From: Squalus acanthias
Lineage: Eukaryota
Reading direction: 5' to 3'
Assembly (NCBI GenBank): GCA_030390025.1
Contig: CM059432.1
Location: 81,718,001 to 81,782,000, forward strand
Length of the DNA: 64,000 nt
A program made the position numbers and the translations under genes. The notes under the pieces are model-generated. The model was given only the letters and a program-made list of their open reading frames with translations, did not search any database and was not told where the DNA came from. Positions 59,354-64,000 of this stretch are shown piece by piece; the first letter of the stretch is position 1, and every line of letters starts with the position of its first letter.

Positions 59354-62094
59354 ATTTGGCTGATGATTTGGGTCAAACCCCCCTCAGAAACTGAGCACTG
59401 CAGGATTAAAGTGAAGTAAAAATGAATATGGAGCAAAGTGGTAATTTGGGCAACCAATAAAATATGAAAAGATCTGTGGCACATTAGCTAAGGTTTTGAA
59501 AACTGAGAAAAGGATAGTAGAAAATGACTGTATATAACTGTGTTTAATTAAATTGGGGGGGAAATTGCGTCATTTAGCAGTAATCTTCAAATCATTTCAG
59601 AGATGGCAGTCATCCACATGTGGTAGAAAATCATATTTCTCACCTTTTAGAGTACTTGTAGACAGGAGATTCTTAAAAAAAAGGCAAAAGCTTTGAGTTA
59701 TCTGGATAATTAAGATTGTTGCATGAAGTATAAACAGCTATTAACTAATCTAAATTGACTAATGACTATTTATATTTGTATGGTATTTTGGTATTATCAC
59801 TTGATTAAGAAAGGTAGTTATCCAATCTTACTTAAAATGGAATTTTGATGAATATGAAGATTGCTTTTCAGTGAGGCCAAAAAGAGAAGACAAATAAATT
59901 TTAAGACGGCAAAGAGTAAGAAATATATCTGACTCATTAGATTAAAATGACAGATCAGCTCTTGAAGACCTGCTGCATCGCCCACAACTGCGAAAACCTT
60001 TGAGATTTCTGTGTTCCTATGAGCAGGTGTATAGTTCACAGCAATGCCAGAAATTCAATGCATTTCAAACAAAAAGTTTCTTTGTTTTAATTGCTCTATT
60101 ATTGATCTTTTATAACCTCATCTGAAAAAAATGAGCTCTCTGCCTCAAAGCTTTTAAAGTACATTTTGAGTGGCATTTTGATAGGCTGGTATTCTATGCA
60201 GTTCACAGGCTATTTACTTAGTAAATCAGACTGCTTATCAGCAACTCTCTCCACTCCAAATCTCTGCTTTAGAATATATGTAAGAATAAAACCAAAATAA
60301 TTTGAAGATGGTAATCTTCATTCCTATCATAACTTTAGTCAACACTGCACACATTTAGTTCAGAAGCACAGTTTAGTGTGTAGCTGTAAAGGGTCTCTCA
60401 GTGACCCTCCAGAACTCTTCTTCCACATCAGTCCACTTTATCAATCTCATCACGCCACACCCTGGCTGAGTCTTATGTCCACAAAGAATGACCATCAGGT
60501 CCCAAATACAATAATAAATCGCATTGCCGTTGATGACTGCTAGATCCTTCGGTTTACTATTTAAAGACCTATGCATTGTGAGAATGACTGGTAATTATCC
60601 TTTCAGCCTTTCCGTTGGGTCACTGCCTGGTTTTGCAAGGTTACCTACTCATGTGGAATGAACTTTCAGTTACTATAGGATGATGCTGCCCTGTCCTTCT
60701 TTTAGCCAGGATACTGCTGGCTATCATATTGCATTAGTCTTCGGATTGTTAACCCATGAAATCCGAATATAAAATACTGTATTGGAGCACGACCTAGTCT
60801 CAGGTTTTAAAGTTTACTCATTTGATAGCTCCTATTTTTCCAGCTTGCCTTTCTATTTTTAATTATGCCTTTACCATGGGCATGGTTAAATATTTTTGTA
60901 GATTAGTAGGATTCACTTAAACAGTTTACTTTTGAGAAACCAGATTAGACAGCGGAGAGCAGTGGAAAGGAACAGCGGGCTAAAATTGTGCTGACACAGT
61001 TGTCTTTTGACATGATATTGATCAATTCTCCTCTCTTAGCAAAGACAAGCTTGTGAGAGTAAAAGGTTAATGGCCTAGCACTAAAATATTTCCTTTCTGG
61101 ATTCTCAGTGCTGATTGAAATGGTGAAGAGTGAAAGGCTGCTTGGATTCTGCTGCCATTTGCTGAATACAACAGTATTTTCATAGGGTGTTGATTCAAGC
61201 TTGTCATACTTTATTTTTTCTTCTTTGTTAAAGAGGCTCTGAACTGCCTGATTGGAAGTCTAGTGCATAAATAGCATTTTTTCTGAGCTCAGTGCTAATG
61301 CTAGATCACAATTCTTTTCCAGACTTGGCACGAACCCTTACTGATGCGCCTGAGGTGTATATATCCTGAATTGAAACTATTTGAGAAGACAGACTAGAGG
61401 CTGCCTTCTTCCTGCCAAGTGATTGTGAACGGACAAGAGAGAATAATAGATAACTGTCAGTGAATTACAAATCAGTAATCCGATCAAGGAAGTTTAGATG
61501 ACGTCGTGCAATAGAATAGCTTAACAAATTCACAGAATTTAATGAGTTTCTGGCGTCACCTAAACACTGAGATTAGGTTAGTTTTAAATTCATTGGCTGA
61601 TATCTGTTATTCTTCATAGTTGTATATCAGCGTGTGAGTTCTCTTTATGTTGATTTTTTGTTTCCTCTATAAGGCCTTTATTTCAGGTTTTGTTGCTGTT
61701 TCAAGATGCCAACTGATATGTATTGATTTTACAGCATAGAACCTGGAGCTTTATTAGATTAGTGCAACAGGACCTGAAGGTTTATTAGATTGGTGACATA
61801 GGATTTGCAGCATTACCAGATTATTTTTTACTGTGAGTTATAGGAAAGCTCTCCATCCTGTGTATATGATACAAATATTACCTGCACTGCCTCCTGATAT
61901 AAGACACTATAATAAATCAGCAGGTATTTTTGGAGCAATGATATTCGCGCAATGGCAAAGAGGAAGAGAAATGTGGCTTCTTTATAATATAAACATTGTT
62001 GAGATGGTTACTAAAGAGGATTCACTGAGAAGATTGTTGAATCTGCTATTCTCCCTTTTATAAGCAGTATTAAAAATAGGCAGTTGCTTTGAGT

Positions 62095-62455
62095 TAAGAA
62101 CATAAGAAATAGGAGCAGGAGTAGGGCATACTGCCCCTCGAGCCTGCTCCGCCATTCAATAAGCTCATCTTCAACTTCAACTCCACTTTCCCGCCCAATC
62201 TCCATACCCCTTGATTCCCCTAGAGTCCAAAAATCTTTGAATATACTCAATGACTCAGCATCCACAGCTCTCTGGGGTAAAAAATTCCAAAGATTCACAA
62301 CCCTCTGAGTGAAGAAATTCCTCCTCATCTCAGTCTTAAATGGCCGACCCCTTATCCTGAGACTATGCCCCCTAGATCTAGTCTCTCCAGCCAGGGGAAA
62401 CAACCTCTCAGCATCTACCCTGTCAATTCCCCTCAAAATCTTAAATGTTTCAATG
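62095..62455 (-). mobile_element. CR1 3' end
   Basis: RGHSLRIRGRPFKTEMRRNFFTQRVVNLWN and a TAAGAACATAAGAA tail. Confidence 0.92.
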
Positions 62456-62574
62456 AGTTGCCTTTGCTATAACCAAACAAACTAATCTTATGGCTGAAAA
62501 TATATACAAATGAGAATTTCTTAAATGTTCTCCACCAGAGCAGAAAATCAAATCATATGCTGAAGTTGAAAAAG

Positions 62575-63040
62575 AAAGATTTGCATTTATATAGTGCCTT
62601 TCACGACCTCCGGGCATCCCAAAGCGCTTCACAGCCAATGAAGTACTTTTGGAGTGTAGTCACTGTTGTAATGTAGGAAATGCAGCAGCTAATTTGTGCT
62701 CAGCAAGCTCCAACAAACAGTAATGTGATCATGACCAGATATCTAATTTTTTTGTGATGTTGATTGAGGGATAAATATTGGCCAGGACACCGGGGATAAC
62801 TCCCCTGCTCTTCTTCGAAATAGTGCCTTGGGATCTTTTACATCCACCTGAGAGAGCAGACAGGGCCTCGGTTTAACGTCTCATCCGAAAGATGGCACCT
62901 CCAACAGTGCAGCACTCCCTCAGCACTGTCCTGGAGTGTCAGCCTAGATTTTTGTGCTCAAGTCTCTGGAGTGGGACTTGAACCTACAACCTTCTGACTC
63001 AGAGGAGAGAGTGCTATCAACTGAGCCACAGCTGACACTA
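62575..63040 (-). mobile_element. Full-length Deu-domain SINE (SacSINE1/AmnSINE1-related) with an L2-type tail
   Basis: tRNA-like head GTGGCTCAGTTGATAGC...GGTTCAAGTCCC. Core GGGATCTTTTACATCCACCTGAGAGAGCAGACAGGGCCTCGGTTTAACGTCTCATCCGAAAG. Tail AAAGGCACTATATAAATGCAA resembles the L2 ends in this window. Confidence 0.85.
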
Positions 63041-63041
63041 A

Positions 63042-64000
63042 GGCCACGATTTTGCTGGCACTCAGATGGCGGGTTTGGAGGCGGGTCAGAGGTTAAAGTC
63101 ATTTTGATTGACGACGGGTTCCGCACTCGCCTCCACACAACCTTCCCAAGTGTCGGGTCCCCGATTTGCGAATGGACCCGACACCTAGCGGCGGGAAACG
63201 GATTAAAGGCAATTAACTGCCTGTTAACAGGTACTTGTGAGCAGTTTTCAGGGTCTTTTTCGATTTTCCAGCTTCTGGGTCGGGTTTTACGATGTCCAGA
63301 CAACACGCCAGTTAAGTGTGGCGTGTTGTGAGTCTGGTCTGATGTTTGTGAAAAGATGACAGCTGCAGAAGTGGTGTCAAGGATGCCATGTTGCACATGG
63401 TGAGTTTCAGAGCAAAGAAAATATTGGTTACTGCATTTTTAATACATATACAGATTTCTTTAGCTTACAAGTTTTTAAATCCAACTGTATGTCCAGTGCC
63501 ACCTCATTGGAAGAACTTCTCTCACCAGTGACAGATTGCTTCTGTCATCTCACCTGCAGCTGCCATCTATTCCAGCAACATCGGAGTCAATGAAACAATC
63601 AGACCTTGGTCCTCCGAATCCTTCCACAATCATCCCCAACACCAACAATCACCAACCTCATCACCAACCTTCTCCGCCATCACCTGATGCTGCACTGGAC
63701 ACAGGGCATCAGCCCCTGACAACATTGCTGCCCGGGAGGCCAGCGATGGCATCACCATGGCCAGATTTTCTTCACTTGATGCTGTAAACCCTGGCTGCCA
63801 CATGATGCGCCAGGTTGCCAGCATCCCACACCAGCACCGTGAAGCATCCCTTTAATGTCCAAGCCATTCCATGCACACACATCACTATAGCGGGGCGGGG
63901 GGCGTGGGAGTTATGACTGAACAATCACTGGAACTCAGTAAGACACTTCTCAATATGCGCTCAGATCTGTCCAATAAGGGGCACTTTTTGAAAAAGAGAT
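63042..64000 (+). mobile_element. Harbinger-type element, continues beyond the window
   Basis: Starts with TIR-like GGCCACGATTTT. Internal blocks match 60-300 and, in reverse, 1496-1790. Confidence 0.7.

Noticed and set aside
60673..60720. Minus-strand PAVSWLKEGQ resembling an immunoglobulin-domain strand
   Set aside because: Bounded by stops within 16 codons and lacking a good acceptor tract.
1..64000. CRISPR array, prokaryotic operon or endogenous virus
   Set aside because: I saw no regularly spaced repeat-spacer array and no gag, integrase, env or capsid motifs. All long ORFs trace to LINE, PLE or Harbinger elements.

Overview
Eukaryotic, repeat-dominated DNA with no recognisable host protein-coding gene, so most likely a large intron or intergenic region. 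The repeat families (HER1-type CR1 LINEs, an HE1/V-SINE, a Deu-domain SINE) point to a cartilaginous fish (inference). The window holds a near-full-length CR1 (zinc-finger/leucine-zipper + SGNH esterase ORF1; APE-RT ORF2), an L2 split by a 9.3-kb four-level nested insertion stack, two RTE copies (one with a 5' inversion), two Penelope-like (PLE) families, decayed PIF/Harbinger elements (transposase + Myb/SANT) and at least three Harbinger MITE families with 3-bp target-site duplications (TSDs). The most coherent system I found is in the PLEs: minimal hammerhead ribozymes with covarying stems sit in the terminal repeats of both families. A shared architecture (inverted terminal repeat, ~30-nt unpaired extension, 14-16-bp TSD) runs from a 2.4-kb coding copy down to ~200-bp non-coding foldback elements. 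Other points of interest are an LF-SINE-like element, an exact 96-bp locally templated insertion and a SINE-head/LINE-tail chimera. Family names come from motif recognition and recalled consensus sequences, not database searches. Boundaries without a TIR or TSD are approximate.
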